The position numbers were made by a program, and so were the translations under genes. DNA of 64,000 nt from contig CAYYMF010000001.1 of the NCBI GenBank assembly GCA_964472755.1, positions 2,381-66,380 of the forward strand. The letters are read 5' to 3'. Below, one piece after another: positions 8,795-18,856 of the stretch. The notes beneath the pieces are model-generated. The model had not been told where the DNA came from, made no database searches, and saw only the letters and a list, made by a program, of their open reading frames with translations. Positions within the stretch are counted from its first letter, which is position 1. Every line of letters begins with the position of its first letter. This DNA comes from an uncultured Chitinophagales bacterium (GTDB lineage Bacteria; Bacteroidota; Bacteroidia; Chitinophagales; JADIYW01).

Positions 8795-10081
8795 TTAAAC
8801 TATCATACCTGCAGCAACTGTTTCATTCGTTGCTTCATCTACTAAAATAATACTTCCTGTTTGTCTATTTTTTCTGTAACTATCATAAAATAAAGGTACT
8901 GTTGTTTTAATACTTATACGCCCAATTTCGTTAAGTTTAAGTTCTGTTTGTCCTTCAACTCTTGTAAGTGTATTGGTATCCAATACATATTTTATTTCTG
9001 TGATGATGGTTTTACATTCTTTTGAAGTATGTCTAAGGATATATTTTCCACGTAATGGCATTGGCTTTTCATTCATCCAACACAACATTACATCTAATTC
9101 TTGCCCAGTTTGAGGCACATTGTTTTCTCTTACAATCATATCACCTCTTGATATATCAATTTCATCTTCTAACAAAAGTGTAACAGATTGCGGCGTAAAG
9201 GCTTCTTCTAAATCTCCATCCATTGTTTTGATGGCTTTAATTTTTGATGTGAAGCCACTTGGCAAAGCTTTTACAACATCGCCAACTCTAAAAACGCCAC
9301 CAGCAACTCTCCCTGCATATCCTCTGTAATCGTGGTATTCATTTTTCATCGGGCGGATTACACATTGTACCGGAAGCCTTGCATCTATATGGTTTAAATC
9401 TGAGCCAATATGAATATTTTCCAATAAATACAATAAAGTTGAGCCATTATACCAAGTCATATTTTTGCTTCTTTCCACCACATTATCACCTGTTAATGCT
9501 GAAATTGGAATAAAAGTAATATCTTTAATATCTAACTTTGATGCAAAGGCTTTATAATCACTAACTATTTTGTCAAAAGTTGCCTCGTCCCAATCTACTA
9601 AGTCCATTTTATTTACGCAAACAACGATATGTGGAATTTGTAACAATGATGCGATATAGGAATGTCTGAAGGTTTGTTCAATAATACCTTTTCTTGCATC
9701 AACCAAAATGATGGCTAAATTGGCAGTACTTGCACCAGTAACCATATTTCTAGTATATTGAATATGTCCTGGTGTATCCGCAATAATAAATTTACGTTTT
9801 GGTGTAGAGAAATATCTGTAAGCCACATCAATGGTAATTCCCTGCTCACGCTCTGCACGTAAGCCGTCTGTCAATAAGGCTAAGTTTACATATTCTTCAC
9901 CACGCTTTTCAGAAGCAGCCTCTATGGCTTCAATTTGGTCTTCAAAAATTGATTTGCTATCGTATAATAACCTTCCGATTAAGGTTGATTTTCCATCATC
10001 TACAGAGCCTGCTGTGGTAAAACGCAATAACTCCATATCTAAATATGCTTTACTATCAAAATTTTCTTGTGTTGTTGTCAT
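8795..10081 (-). CDS. cysN: Sulfate adenylyltransferase subunit 1 (GTPase)
   Basis: GTPase motifs GSVDDGKST, DTPGH and NKMD. Not fused to an APS kinase domain. Confidence 0.95.
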   Translation of the reverse strand: MTTTQENFDSKAYLDMELLRFTTAGSVDDGKSTLIGRLLYDSKSIFEDQIEAIEAASEKRGEEYVNLALLTDGLRAEREQGITIDVAYRYFSTPKRKFIIADTPGHIQYTRNMVTGASTANLAIILVDARKGIIEQTFRHSYIASLLQIPHIVVCVNKMDLVDWDEATFDKIVSDYKAFASKLDIKDITFIPISALTGDNVVERSKNMTWYNGSTLLYLLENIHIGSDLNHIDARLPVQCVIRPMKNEYHDYRGYAGRVAGGVFRVGDVVKALPSGFTSKIKAIKTMDGDLEEAFTPQSVTLLLEDEIDISRGDMIVRENNVPQTGQELDVMLCWMNEKPMPLRGKYILRHTSKECKTIITEIKYVLDTNTLTRVEGQTELKLNEIGRISIKTTVPLFYDSYRKNRQTGSIILVDEATNETVAAGMIV

Positions 10082-10183
10082 ATTATTTTCTTCTAAAGTT
10101 TTTTTTATTATTCTTTATTTCCCCAATTGCTTGATATAAAAACAGTCTTAATACTTATGTCTTATTTCTTACTGCTTTTTTGA

Positions 10184-11092
10184 TTAAAAATAGCCTGCTT
10201 TTTTTCTGTCCTCCATTGCGGCTTCGCTTCTTTTATCGTCCGCTCTTGTGCCTCTTTCTGTGGTTCTACTTGCAGCTACTTCTTGGATAATATCTTCTAA
10301 AGTAGCGGCTTCTGAAAATACGGCTCCAGTACAAGAAATATCGCCGATGGTTCTAAATCGAACTACTTTTTCTTCAACAACTTCATTAGGTTTTTTTTGC
10401 ATATATGGATTATCAGAATACCAAACCCCATCTCTTTCAAACACCATTCTTTTATGTGAGAAATATAAATTAGGCATTTCTATTTGTTCTTGGTAAATAT
10501 ATTGCCAAACATCCATTTCTGTCCAATTTGAAATGGGGAAAACTCTAAAATGTTCGCCGATATGTTTTCTCCCATTGAATATATTCCATAATTCAGGTCT
10601 TTGATTTTTTGGATCCCATTGTCCAAATTCATCTCTATGAGAGAAAAATCGTTCTTTTGCTCTAGCTTTTTCTTCATCTCTTCTAGCACCACCAATAGCA
10701 CAATCAAATTTGTTTTTTTCGATTGCTTCTAATAAAGGCACGGTTTGTAAGGCATTTCTTGAGGCATTATAACCTTTTTCTTCTCGTACCAATCCTTTAT
10801 CTATTGCTTCTTGCACAGATGCCACAATTAATTTTAAACCATTTTTCTCTACTAATTGATCTCTAAAATCTAAAGCTTCTTGAAAATTATGACCAGTATC
10901 TACATGTAAAAGTGTGAAAGGAATGTTGGCAGGATAAAATGCTTTAATTGCCAAATGTGTAACTACAATTGAATCTTTTCCACCTGAAAAAAGAATACAA
11001 GGATTTTCAAATTGTGCTGCTACTTCACGCAATACAAAAATTGATTCTGATTCTAATTCTCTAAGATGGTTTAAATGATAATCTATTGCCAT
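10184..11092 (-). CDS. cysD: Sulfate adenylyltransferase subunit 2
   Basis: PP-loop SGGKDS. The C-terminal ...RADDKRSEAAMEDRKKAGYF is typical of CysD. Confidence 0.95.
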   Translation of the reverse strand: MAIDYHLNHLRELESESIFVLREVAAQFENPCILFSGGKDSIVVTHLAIKAFYPANIPFTLLHVDTGHNFQEALDFRDQLVEKNGLKLIVASVQEAIDKGLVREEKGYNASRNALQTVPLLEAIEKNKFDCAIGGARRDEEKARAKERFFSHRDEFGQWDPKNQRPELWNIFNGRKHIGEHFRVFPISNWTEMDVWQYIYQEQIEMPNLYFSHKRMVFERDGVWYSDNPYMQKKPNEVVEEKVVRFRTIGDISCTGAVFSEAATLEDIIQEVAASRTTERGTRADDKRSEAAMEDRKKAGYF

Positions 11093-11095
11093 AAT

Positions 11096-11698
11096 TTATT
11101 GTTTAATTTTATTTATAAAGTGATTGTAAATTTTATCAATACTTTCTTCAATAGAAAGTTCTGCTGTTTTTATTTCTAAACTTGGATTTTTTGGAGCTTC
11201 AAACGGAGCATCTAAGCCGGTAAAATTTTTAATTTCTCCTTTTAGTGCTTTAGCATATAAACCTTTCACATCACGCTTTGCACATTCATCAAATGATGCA
11301 TTGATATAAATTTCAAAAAAATCGGCGTCTCCAATAATATCTTTTGCTTGTTCACGAATGTCTAAAGTGGGTGATACAAAACAATTAATCGTAATAATAC
11401 CACAATTCAAAAAAAGCTTATTGATTTCTGCAATTCTTCGTATATTTTCAGTTCTATCCTCTTCAGAAAAACTAAGATTTTTATTGATGCCCGAACGAAT
11501 ATTATCCCCATCTAAGACCATAGAAAGTATGCCGTTTTGATGTAGTTTTTTCTCTAATCCTTCCGCAATGGTAGATTTTCCAGAACCAGACAAACCTGTC
11601 ATCCAAATACAAATAGACTTCTGTTTCAACAGACTTTCCTTATCTTCTCGTTGTAATAATCTACCAAAAATTGGATGTATATTATTTTCGTTTTGCAT
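11096..11698 (-). CDS. cysC: Adenylyl-sulfate (APS) kinase
   Basis: Walker A GLSGSGKST and LDGDNIR. It ends 3 nt upstream of cysD. Confidence 0.93.
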   Translation of the reverse strand: MQNENNIHPIFGRLLQREDKESLLKQKSICIWMTGLSGSGKSTIAEGLEKKLHQNGILSMVLDGDNIRSGINKNLSFSEEDRTENIRRIAEINKLFLNCGIITINCFVSPTLDIREQAKDIIGDADFFEIYINASFDECAKRDVKGLYAKALKGEIKNFTGLDAPFEAPKNPSLEIKTAELSIEESIDKIYNHFINKIKQ

Positions 11699-11709
11699 AA
11701 TTCAGGATA

Positions 11710-11717
11710 CAAAGATA
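11710..11717 (-). promoter_or_regulatory. Bacteroidota -7 box TATCTTTG upstream of cysC
   Basis: The reverse complement of caaagata equals the TAnnTTTG consensus. It lies 11 nt from the cysC ATG. Confidence 0.45.
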
Positions 11718-11803
11718 ATTATTTATTTTAATCTACCAATAGTATATTGACTTTATAGACTATTAATTTTTATTTTAACTTATTTTCAAAATATAAGCTT
11801 GTT

Positions 11804-13423
11804 TTATTGACTTACTCTTTTGTTCTTTTCTTTTTTTAAAGGAGCTGTTGTAATATTGTGTACTTTAAAACTGCCGTCCTCAAAAGCATCTAAGGCTTTA
11901 TTATAAATTGGATTTTGAAGATTTGTAATTTGATAATAAACGGAATAGTCAAATAAATTTTGTCCAATTAAGCCTTTTAATTGATTTTTAATAACGGGAA
12001 TAGATTGTTTGTAAACTTCCGCAGAATCAGGTTCTGCATTTTTGGTTTTTGCAAAAGCTATAAATTCATTGTACAAAGTGGAGTCTGCTTCAAATGTTTG
12101 AATATATTTTTTTGCTGAATTATATTTTTGCATAAGTATATCTCTATTTTCGTTCACATAAGTTAAGGCAAATTGATTGAAAGCTCCTGTTCTTATCAAT
12201 TTACCATAGAACTTTGATGACCAAGTGGTATCTAATGGCACAAAAATATCAGGAATGATGCCACCTGCACCATAAACGACTCTTTTATTATTGGTATAGT
12301 ATTTTGTAGAATCTATAATTTTTGTTTTGTGTTCATCAAATAATTCTCCACTTTCATATCGCTCATTAATATCTTCACTGTATTCACCATCATTTTTACC
12401 ATAAGGTTTTTGGATATTTCTACCACTTGGTGTATAGTAATGTGCCATAGTTAATCGAACAACTGACCAATCTGACAAATTGTAGGCTTTTTGTACTAAA
12501 CCTTTACCAAATGTTCTGCGGCCAATTATTAAGCCTCTATCCCAATCTTGTATTGCTCCAGCAACAATTTCTGATGCTGATGCCGAACCTTGATCAACCA
12601 TAATGACTAAATTTCCATTTTCAAAATTTCCAAAATTAGTAGCATTCAAATCTATTCTTGATTGAGAACGTCCTTCTGAATAGACCACTAATTTGCCTTC
12701 TGATAAAAACAAATCGGATAGCGCATGTGCTTGATTAAGGTAACCACCGCCATTGCCTGTTAAATCTAAAATTAATTTTTTTGCTCCCTGTATTTTTAAG
12801 CTATCAATGGCTTTTATAACTTCATCAGTGGCAGTTGCAGAAAATCTAGATAATTTAATGTAGCCAATTTCAGGAGTTGCCATATATTGTGCTTCAATTG
12901 CATAAATTGGAATTTTATCTCTCACAATATTAAATTCAATCAAATCAGGTTCTCCATATCTTTTTACTTTTACGGTGACAGTTGTGCCTTTTTTGCCTCT
13001 TAATAATTTAAAAACTTTATCATTATCTAAGCCAATTCCAGCAACTTTTGCCGTATCAATATAAATAATTTTATCGCCATCTTGTAAGCCTACTTTTTGT
13101 GATGGACCGCCATGTATCACATGGACAACTAACAAAGTATCTTGAAGAATTTGAAACTGAATACCAACGCCTTCAAAATTTCCTTGTAAAGGTTCATTAA
13201 TTTTTTTGTATTCATCGGCAGAATAATAAATAGAATGTGGGTCTAATCCCTTCAACATAGATTTGATGCCGACTTCAACGATAGAATCCATATTAACTTT
13301 ATCGACATAATAATTATCAACAATATTTAAAAAAGAAGACATTTTGGATTGATAGGTTTGAGCGAAACTCACAAAAACACTGAAAATTAAAGTTAAGGAA
13401 AGAAAGGTTTTTTGCATATCCAT
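11804..13423 (-). CDS. S41 family C-terminal processing peptidase
   Basis: Signal peptide, PDZ-like region, and catalytic block DQGSASASEIVAGAIQD ... TFGKGLVQ. Confidence 0.9.
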   Translation of the reverse strand: MDMQKTFLSLTLIFSVFVSFAQTYQSKMSSFLNIVDNYYVDKVNMDSIVEVGIKSMLKGLDPHSIYYSADEYKKINEPLQGNFEGVGIQFQILQDTLLVVHVIHGGPSQKVGLQDGDKIIYIDTAKVAGIGLDNDKVFKLLRGKKGTTVTVKVKRYGEPDLIEFNIVRDKIPIYAIEAQYMATPEIGYIKLSRFSATATDEVIKAIDSLKIQGAKKLILDLTGNGGGYLNQAHALSDLFLSEGKLVVYSEGRSQSRIDLNATNFGNFENGNLVIMVDQGSASASEIVAGAIQDWDRGLIIGRRTFGKGLVQKAYNLSDWSVVRLTMAHYYTPSGRNIQKPYGKNDGEYSEDINERYESGELFDEHKTKIIDSTKYYTNNKRVVYGAGGIIPDIFVPLDTTWSSKFYGKLIRTGAFNQFALTYVNENRDILMQKYNSAKKYIQTFEADSTLYNEFIAFAKTKNAEPDSAEVYKQSIPVIKNQLKGLIGQNLFDYSVYYQITNLQNPIYNKALDAFEDGSFKVHNITTAPLKKEKNKRVSQ

Positions 13424-13515
13424 GATTTTAGAATGATATTACAAAATAAATACCTAAATATGGCAAACTACATCAAAAATTGTTAAATAAATAGAAATTA
13501 TAATTAGATAAAGTT

Positions 13516-14739
13516 TTACACTGCTTGTCCTTTGACATCAAAAGCATCTCTAAGTCCATTGCCCAATAGATTGAATGCCAAGACCAAAATCATAATACAA
13601 AAACCAGGTGCCAAAGCCAAAAATGCTTTGTTTGTCGTCAAATAAGCTAAATGGTCATTCAACATAGTGCCCCAACTTGGTGTTGGCGGCTTTACGCCGA
13701 TGCCAACAAAACTCAAACCTGCTTCTATTAAAATTGCAGAGGCAAAATCAGCTGCTGCAATGACTAAAATAGGACCAATAATATTCGGTAAAATATGTTT
13801 GAAAATGGTTCTAAAATGATTAAAACCTAAACTTTTTGCAGCTTGAATATATTCCATTTCACGAACACCTAAAACTTGTCCACGCACCACTCTTGCGGTG
13901 TCCACCCACATGGATAAACCAACTGCAATAAAAATAGCTAAGAAGGAATTGATTTTATCGCCAATTGCAAAACGAATCGTCATTGCTAATAAAATTGTTG
14001 GGATAGACCAAATTACATTGATGAGCCACATTACTACATTATCTACCCAACCTCTAAAATAACCAGCAATAGCACCCATAAAAATTCCGATAGATAAAGA
14101 AATTAAAACCGCAATAAAACCAACAGTAAGTGATACTCGAACACCTAATAATAATCGACTTAAAATATCTCGTCCATAACCATCAGTTCCGAGTAAATAT
14201 CGTTTTGTTACGATATTGTATTTTTCAATATCAGCTTTTATATAACTTATATCTATCTTTTGAAGTTGATTATTTATATCATAAAAGATAGCTTTTTTAT
14301 CTTGATATTGAATGTTTGGCTTTTCATTTGAAATTGCATAGACAACTTGCGCTAAGGAAAATGTTTTTGTTTCAACTGGTCTATCTTCTCCAGCATAAGT
14401 TTGTACAACGATGCTCGTATCATTCATTTCATAATTACTTATTGGAATCATTTGATAAGGATTATCTTTTCCAATAAAAACTGTTTTTAGAAGAGTACTC
14501 GGATTTTCTTGTCTGTTTTTGCGAACCAAAAGCATTTTTACTTTAGAATTAGGCGATAAATTGGTTAATTCTAAAACTTGGTCATCAGCATCAGGTGTTT
14601 TATCTTGAGCAATAACAGGAGCAAAAATGGCAAGAAAGAAAGCGATTATAATCACACCTAAACTAAAAATTGCAGGCTTATTTTTTTTAAGTCGCTTCCA
14701 CATTTTTTTAGTTGGAGATTCTATTACTTGATTGCTCAT
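13516..14739 (-). CDS. ABC transporter permease (DppC/OppC-like) with a long N-terminal periplasmic insert
   Basis: C-terminal BPD_transp_1 region with EAA-like motif IQAAKSLGFNHFRTIFKHILPN. No ATPase or binding-protein gene is adjacent. Confidence 0.85.
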   Translation of the reverse strand: MSNQVIESPTKKMWKRLKKNKPAIFSLGVIIIAFFLAIFAPVIAQDKTPDADDQVLELTNLSPNSKVKMLLVRKNRQENPSTLLKTVFIGKDNPYQMIPISNYEMNDTSIVVQTYAGEDRPVETKTFSLAQVVYAISNEKPNIQYQDKKAIFYDINNQLQKIDISYIKADIEKYNIVTKRYLLGTDGYGRDILSRLLLGVRVSLTVGFIAVLISLSIGIFMGAIAGYFRGWVDNVVMWLINVIWSIPTILLAMTIRFAIGDKINSFLAIFIAVGLSMWVDTARVVRGQVLGVREMEYIQAAKSLGFNHFRTIFKHILPNIIGPILVIAAADFASAILIEAGLSFVGIGVKPPTPSWGTMLNDHLAYLTTNKAFLALAPGFCIMILVLAFNLLGNGLRDAFDVKGQAV

Positions 14740-14809
14740 TATTTACACCAATTTTGCAAAGCAAGATACAATTATTTTTTATTCCTTAGAATAAGTATTC
14801 GTAAAACTG

Positions 14810-14817
14810 TAATTTTG
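14810..14817 (+). promoter_or_regulatory. Candidate -7 box TAATTTTG upstream of yicC
   Basis: Matches TAnnTTTG, 21 nt from the ATG at 14839. Confidence 0.4.
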
Positions 14818-14838
14818 TATTCAATCAATCTTTTTTGT

Positions 14839-15705
14839 ATGTTATATTCTATGACTGGTTTTGGTAAAGTTTTGTGTGTTATTCATAATACCAATTTTTC
14901 TGTTGAAATAAAATCACTAAACAGCAAACAAATAGAAATTAACCTCAGGAATGCCAACCTTTTGAGAGATATTGAATTAGAATTTAGAAAGTTATTACAA
15001 CAAAAATTATTGAGAGGAAAAATTGATGTCAGTATCAGTGAAGAAGTTAATGATAAGCAAGGGTTGCTTAATTTAGATAATATTGAACAATTATATCGAG
15101 AATTGATAGATTTTGGTCAAGTTAAAAACATTCCATTAGGCGATATTTTTCCAACAGTTTTAAAATTAAGTGAGCAAAACAAAAGAGAGTCTTTTACGAT
15201 TGAAGATGAAGAAAAAGAGACGGTTTTAGAAACTTTAGAAATAGGAATTGATGCTTTAATTGAGTTTAGAAAAAAAGAGGGATTGGAAATGGAGCAAGAT
15301 ATTGTAAGCCGAATAAAATTGATTCAAAAACTTAGAACAAATATTGTTCCGTTTGAAAATAATAGGATTGCCAAAATTAGAGAACGAATTGAAAGTGAAT
15401 TGGTTCAATTAAAAAATACAACGATAGATTCTAATCGTTTAGAACAAGAAATTATTTTTTATGCGGAGAAATTAGACATTACTGAAGAACATACACGATT
15501 ACAATCGCATTGTACTTATTTTTTAGAGATTGTAGAGAATGACACTATTGAAAAGGGTAAAAAATTAGGGTTTATTGCACAAGAAATTGGCAGAGAAATT
15601 AATACAATTGGCTCAAAAGCCAATGATGCGGATATTCAAAAATTAGTTGTTCAGATGAAAGATGAATTGGAGAAAATAAAAGAACAGCTAAATAATATTC
15701 TTTAG
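14839..15705 (+). CDS. yicC: YicC family stress-induced protein
   Basis: The family N-terminus M..SMTGFG begins at the ATG at 14839. C-terminal EIGREINTIGSKAND motif. The ORF-track start at 14728 overlaps the permease gene and is rejected. Confidence 0.9.
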   Translation: MLYSMTGFGKVLCVIHNTNFSVEIKSLNSKQIEINLRNANLLRDIELEFRKLLQQKLLRGKIDVSISEEVNDKQGLLNLDNIEQLYRELIDFGQVKNIPLGDIFPTVLKLSEQNKRESFTIEDEEKETVLETLEIGIDALIEFRKKEGLEMEQDIVSRIKLIQKLRTNIVPFENNRIAKIRERIESELVQLKNTTIDSNRLEQEIIFYAEKLDITEEHTRLQSHCTYFLEIVENDTIEKGKKLGFIAQEIGREINTIGSKANDADIQKLVVQMKDELEKIKEQLNNIL

Positions 15706-16299
15706 TTACTTATGTCTTTGTCTTAAAATATCGATGATATCTTCTAATTTGAAACCTTTGGCTTGTAATAAAATTAAGTAATGGAATAATAAATCAGCAG
15801 CTTCATTTTTAAATAAGTCGTCGTTATTATCTTTTGCTTCGATAACTAATTCCACAGCTTCTTCTCCTACTTTTTGAGCAATTTTATTTATGCCTTTGTT
15901 GAATAATGAAGTGGTATAAGATTTTTCGGAAGGATTATTTTTTCTATCTTCAATTACATTTTCCAAATCAAAAAGAAAAGAAAATTTTTCATTATTTTTT
16001 TCAAACCAACAAGTATCTTTTCCAGTGTGACAAGTTGGTCCGTTTGGAATTGCTTTAATTAATAATGTATCATTGTCGCAATCAACATTAATGTCTTTTA
16101 ATTCTAAAAAATGACCACTCTCTTCGCCTTTTGTCCAAAGTCTGTTTTTTGTTCTAGAGAAAAAAGTAACCTTTTTTAATTCGACTGTTTTTTTGTAGGC
16201 TTCTTCATTCATAAAACCTAACATTAAAATATTTCCAGTATTTGCATCTTGTACAATTGCAGGAACAAGTCCATTCATTTTCTCAAAATCTATTTGCAT
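15706..16299 (-). CDS. hisI: Bifunctional phosphoribosyl-AMP cyclohydrolase / phosphoribosyl-ATP diphosphatase
   Basis: HisI half (...FFSRTKNRLWTKGEESGH...DCDNDTLL...CH) followed by a HisE half (...EEAVELVIEAK...ADLLFHYLILL). Confidence 0.93.
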   Translation of the reverse strand: MQIDFEKMNGLVPAIVQDANTGNILMLGFMNEEAYKKTVELKKVTFFSRTKNRLWTKGEESGHFLELKDINVDCDNDTLLIKAIPNGPTCHTGKDTCWFEKNNEKFSFLFDLENVIEDRKNNPSEKSYTTSLFNKGINKIAQKVGEEAVELVIEAKDNNDDLFKNEAADLLFHYLILLQAKGFKLEDIIDILRQRHK

Positions 16300-16303
16300 T
16301 AGG

Positions 16304-16311
16304 CAAAAATA
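16304..16311 (-). promoter_or_regulatory. Candidate -7 box TATTTTTG immediately upstream of hisIE
   Basis: The reverse complement of caaaaata matches TAnnTTTG. It lies only 4 nt from the ATG, which would make the mRNA essentially leaderless. Confidence 0.3.
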
Positions 16312-16372
16312 CTAAATAAAGTTTTGATTTTTCATTAATATCTATTAACTTTAAAAGTATAACTATACAACT

Positions 16373-17176
16373 ATGAAAAGGATAGTAATAATTTTATTTT
16401 TTTGTGTTATTGCAGTTCAAACACAAGCACAAACCTCCACCAATAAGCCAAATAAACCGTCGTTCTCAGATGAATTTCTAGACGAAAATCTTATGAATGA
16501 TATCATGTCGCAGCTTGACGCATTTGAAAAAGAGGTTAAGTATGAAGAAAAATACACGTTTAGTGAATATTCAAAAATTAAAATTTCCAATACCAATAAA
16601 GAAAAATCAAGTGCTATGATTTATGATATTTACCTATCAGAAAATGCATCGATGATGAAAATGAATGTTGGAAATGGTAATAAATCTGAAGATGATTTTA
16701 ATATCATTATGGATTCCAAAAATAAATCTATGATTACCTTAAATGAAAAAGATAAATCTGCGATTGCAATAAATACCGAAGGCTTAATGGATTTGGCAAA
16801 TTCATTTTCTAATAAATACCTTTCTACTCAGAAAAATACAACGCAAGTAAGTATTCAAAAAACAGGAAAAACCAAGACAATTTTGGGTTATGTATGTAAT
16901 GAATACAAAATCACCAATAGTGATAGTGAAGGGTTAAATGAAATATTTGCTTGGGTTACAGAAGATCCAAGTATCAAAAATATAGATTTTTTTAGTGCAT
17001 TAGGAAAACAATTAAAATTGCCCAATCCACCAAAAAATGAAATTGTCGGCACTACTTTAGAATTTAATGGTAAAAATCTAAAAACACAAGATACTTTTTC
17101 TATGCAAGTTCTTGAGATTTCAAAATCAACTTATACTAAAGATTTAAGTACTTATAAAATGGAAGGTGGTTTTTAA
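16373..17176 (+). CDS. Secreted hypothetical protein (signal peptide; possibly DUF4412-like)
   Basis: [20 protein letters not shown] is a signal peptide. The rest is a K/N/S-rich soluble protein. It lies on the opposite strand between hisIE and hisF. Confidence 0.6.
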   Translation: MKRIVIILFFCVIAVQTQAQTSTNKPNKPSFSDEFLDENLMNDIMSQLDAFEKEVKYEEKYTFSEYSKIKISNTNKEKSSAMIYDIYLSENASMMKMNVGNGNKSEDDFNIIMDSKNKSMITLNEKDKSAIAINTEGLMDLANSFSNKYLSTQKNTTQVSIQKTGKTKTILGYVCNEYKITNSDSEGLNEIFAWVTEDPSIKNIDFFSALGKQLKLPNPPKNEIVGTTLEFNGKNLKTQDTFSMQVLEISKSTYTKDLSTYKMEGGF

Positions 17177-17925
17177 ATTCTAACAGAAATATTATTTTTT
17201 TGGAGAAATTGCTTTAGCTCTGGAATTGGAATTTCGCCAAAGTGGAAGATTGAAGCAGCTAAAGCCGCATCAGCATTTGCTTTTTGAAAAACATCGATAA
17301 AATGTTCTTTTTTTCCAGCTCCACCGCTTGCAATAACAGGAATTTTTAAGTTATTAGCACACCAGCCCGTAATATCTAATGCAAAACCCTGTTTCGTTCC
17401 ATCGTGATTCATTGAAGTTAATAAAATTTCGCCAGCACCACGTTCTTGCACTTCTTTTGCCCAATCTTTGGTGTATAATGGCGTTGCTTCTCTTCCGCCT
17501 TTTACATATACTTTCCAATCTTCATCTAATTTAGTATCAATTGCTACAACAATGCATTGAGCTCCAAATTGCTTAGATAAATCATCTATCAAATTAGGAT
17601 TTTTTACTGCCGATGAATTGATAGAAACTTTATCAGCACCAGCATTTAATAGTTTATCAACATCAGCAATTGTAGAAATGCCACCGCCGACTGTAAAAGG
17701 AATATTGATTGCTTTTGCAATATTAGACACTAATTCAGCAAAAGTCTTGCGTTGTTCAACCGTCGCAGTAATATCTAAAAAAACTAATTCATCAGCACCT
17801 TGTTCTACATACCTTTGAGCCAATTCAATTGGGTCGCCGGCGTGTATTAAATCTACAAAATTAACACCTTTTACAGTTTGTCCATCTTTAATATCTAAGC
17901 AAGGAATAATTCTTTTTGTAAGCAT
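17173..17925 (-). CDS. hisF: Imidazole glycerol phosphate synthase, cyclase subunit
   Basis: [11 protein letters not shown] ... [15 protein letters not shown] ... ASIFHFGE. Confidence 0.95.
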   Translation of the reverse strand: MLTKRIIPCLDIKDGQTVKGVNFVDLIHAGDPIELAQRYVEQGADELVFLDITATVEQRKTFAELVSNIAKAINIPFTVGGGISTIADVDKLLNAGADKVSINSSAVKNPNLIDDLSKQFGAQCIVVAIDTKLDEDWKVYVKGGREATPLYTKDWAKEVQERGAGEILLTSMNHDGTKQGFALDITGWCANNLKIPVIASGGAGKKEHFIDVFQKANADAALAASIFHFGEIPIPELKQFLQKNNISVRI

Positions 17926-18641
17926 TATAAAAATTCTTTTAATTCTTTTAAACTGATTTTGCCTTCATAAATTGCCTTGCCAACGATTGCAGCATAACAA
18001 CCAATCTCTTTTAATTCTACTAAATCTTGTAAACAAGAAACCCCACCTGATGCGATTAGTTTTATTTCAGGGTATTCTTCTAATAGTTCTTTGTACAAAT
18101 CTACGGAAGCACCTTGTAGCATACCATCTTTGCTGACATCAGTACATAAAACATAATCAATACCTTCTTCAAAATAATAATCTAAAAAGGAAAAAATATC
18201 TTGGTTAGAGCTTTCTTGCCAACCTTGAATCGCGATTTGCTTGTCTTTAACATCTGCTCCTAAAATCAATCTATCTTCTCCAAATTCCCATATCCAATCG
18301 GTAAACTCCTTTTGATTCTTTACAGCTAAACTACCGACGGTTATTTGTTTTGCACCAAGGTCGAATGCTTGTTGTGCTTGTTCTCTAGTTTTAATACCAC
18401 CAGAAAAATCAATATGTAAGTTTGTATTAGCTGCGATTGTTTCCAAAACTTTCCAGTTTTGCACTTGTCCTTTTTTAGCACCATCTAAATCTACTAAATG
18501 TAAATGTGTTAAGCCCGCATCTTCAAAAATTTTTGCTTGTTCAAGTGGATTTTCGTTGTACGTTTTTTTAGTATCATAATCGCCTTTTGTGAGTCGCACA
18601 CATTTGGCATCAATAATATCAATTGCAGGAATAATTAGCAT
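17925..18641 (-). CDS. hisA: ProFAR isomerase (HisA)
   Basis: [22 protein letters not shown]... The start at 18641 fits the family N-terminus. TAATG overlap with hisF. Confidence 0.93.
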   Translation of the reverse strand: MLIIPAIDIIDAKCVRLTKGDYDTKKTYNENPLEQAKIFEDAGLTHLHLVDLDGAKKGQVQNWKVLETIAANTNLHIDFSGGIKTREQAQQAFDLGAKQITVGSLAVKNQKEFTDWIWEFGEDRLILGADVKDKQIAIQGWQESSNQDIFSFLDYYFEEGIDYVLCTDVSKDGMLQGASVDLYKELLEEYPEIKLIASGGVSCLQDLVELKEIGCYAAIVGKAIYEGKISLKELKEFL

Positions 18642-18649
18642 AATTAGAA

Positions 18650-18657
18650 ACAAAAAT
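18650..18657 (-). promoter_or_regulatory. Candidate -7 box TATTTTTG upstream of hisA (second copy at 18659-18666)
   Basis: The reverse complement of caaaaata matches TAnnTTTG, 8 nt from the ATG at 18641. Confidence 0.35.
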
Positions 18658-18772
18658 AACAAAAATAGTCGAGGATATTAAATGATAGATTCGTTTTCCC
18701 GTCAATGAAAGGTGTTATTATCTTTTACTCTAAATATTGTCTGAACCTTGATGTTTTAACAAGCTCAAAATC

Positions 18773-18856
18773 TCACTTCTCATTTCTCACTACTTACTAT
18801 TATTTTTTTAACCACAAAGGACGCTAAGTATTTTCACAGAGTTGCACAGATTTCAC
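18773..18856. repeat. Intergenic repeat, modules X+Y, copy 1
   Basis: tcacttctcatttctcactacttactatt...ttaaccacaaaggacgctaagtattttcacagagttgcacagatttcac. A second copy lies at 19158-19248. Confidence 0.7.

Noticed and set aside
9120-10707. Nested or antisense ORFs inside cysN and cysD (9120-9329, 9831-10139, 10248-10496, 10480-10707)
   Set aside because: They lie entirely within strongly supported genes, have biased low-complexity composition and no motifs. These are typical AT-rich-genome shadow ORFs. The same applies to 22207-22392, 23449-23757, 24066-24607, 30016-30836, 34579-35650, 56043-56456 and 59996-60782.
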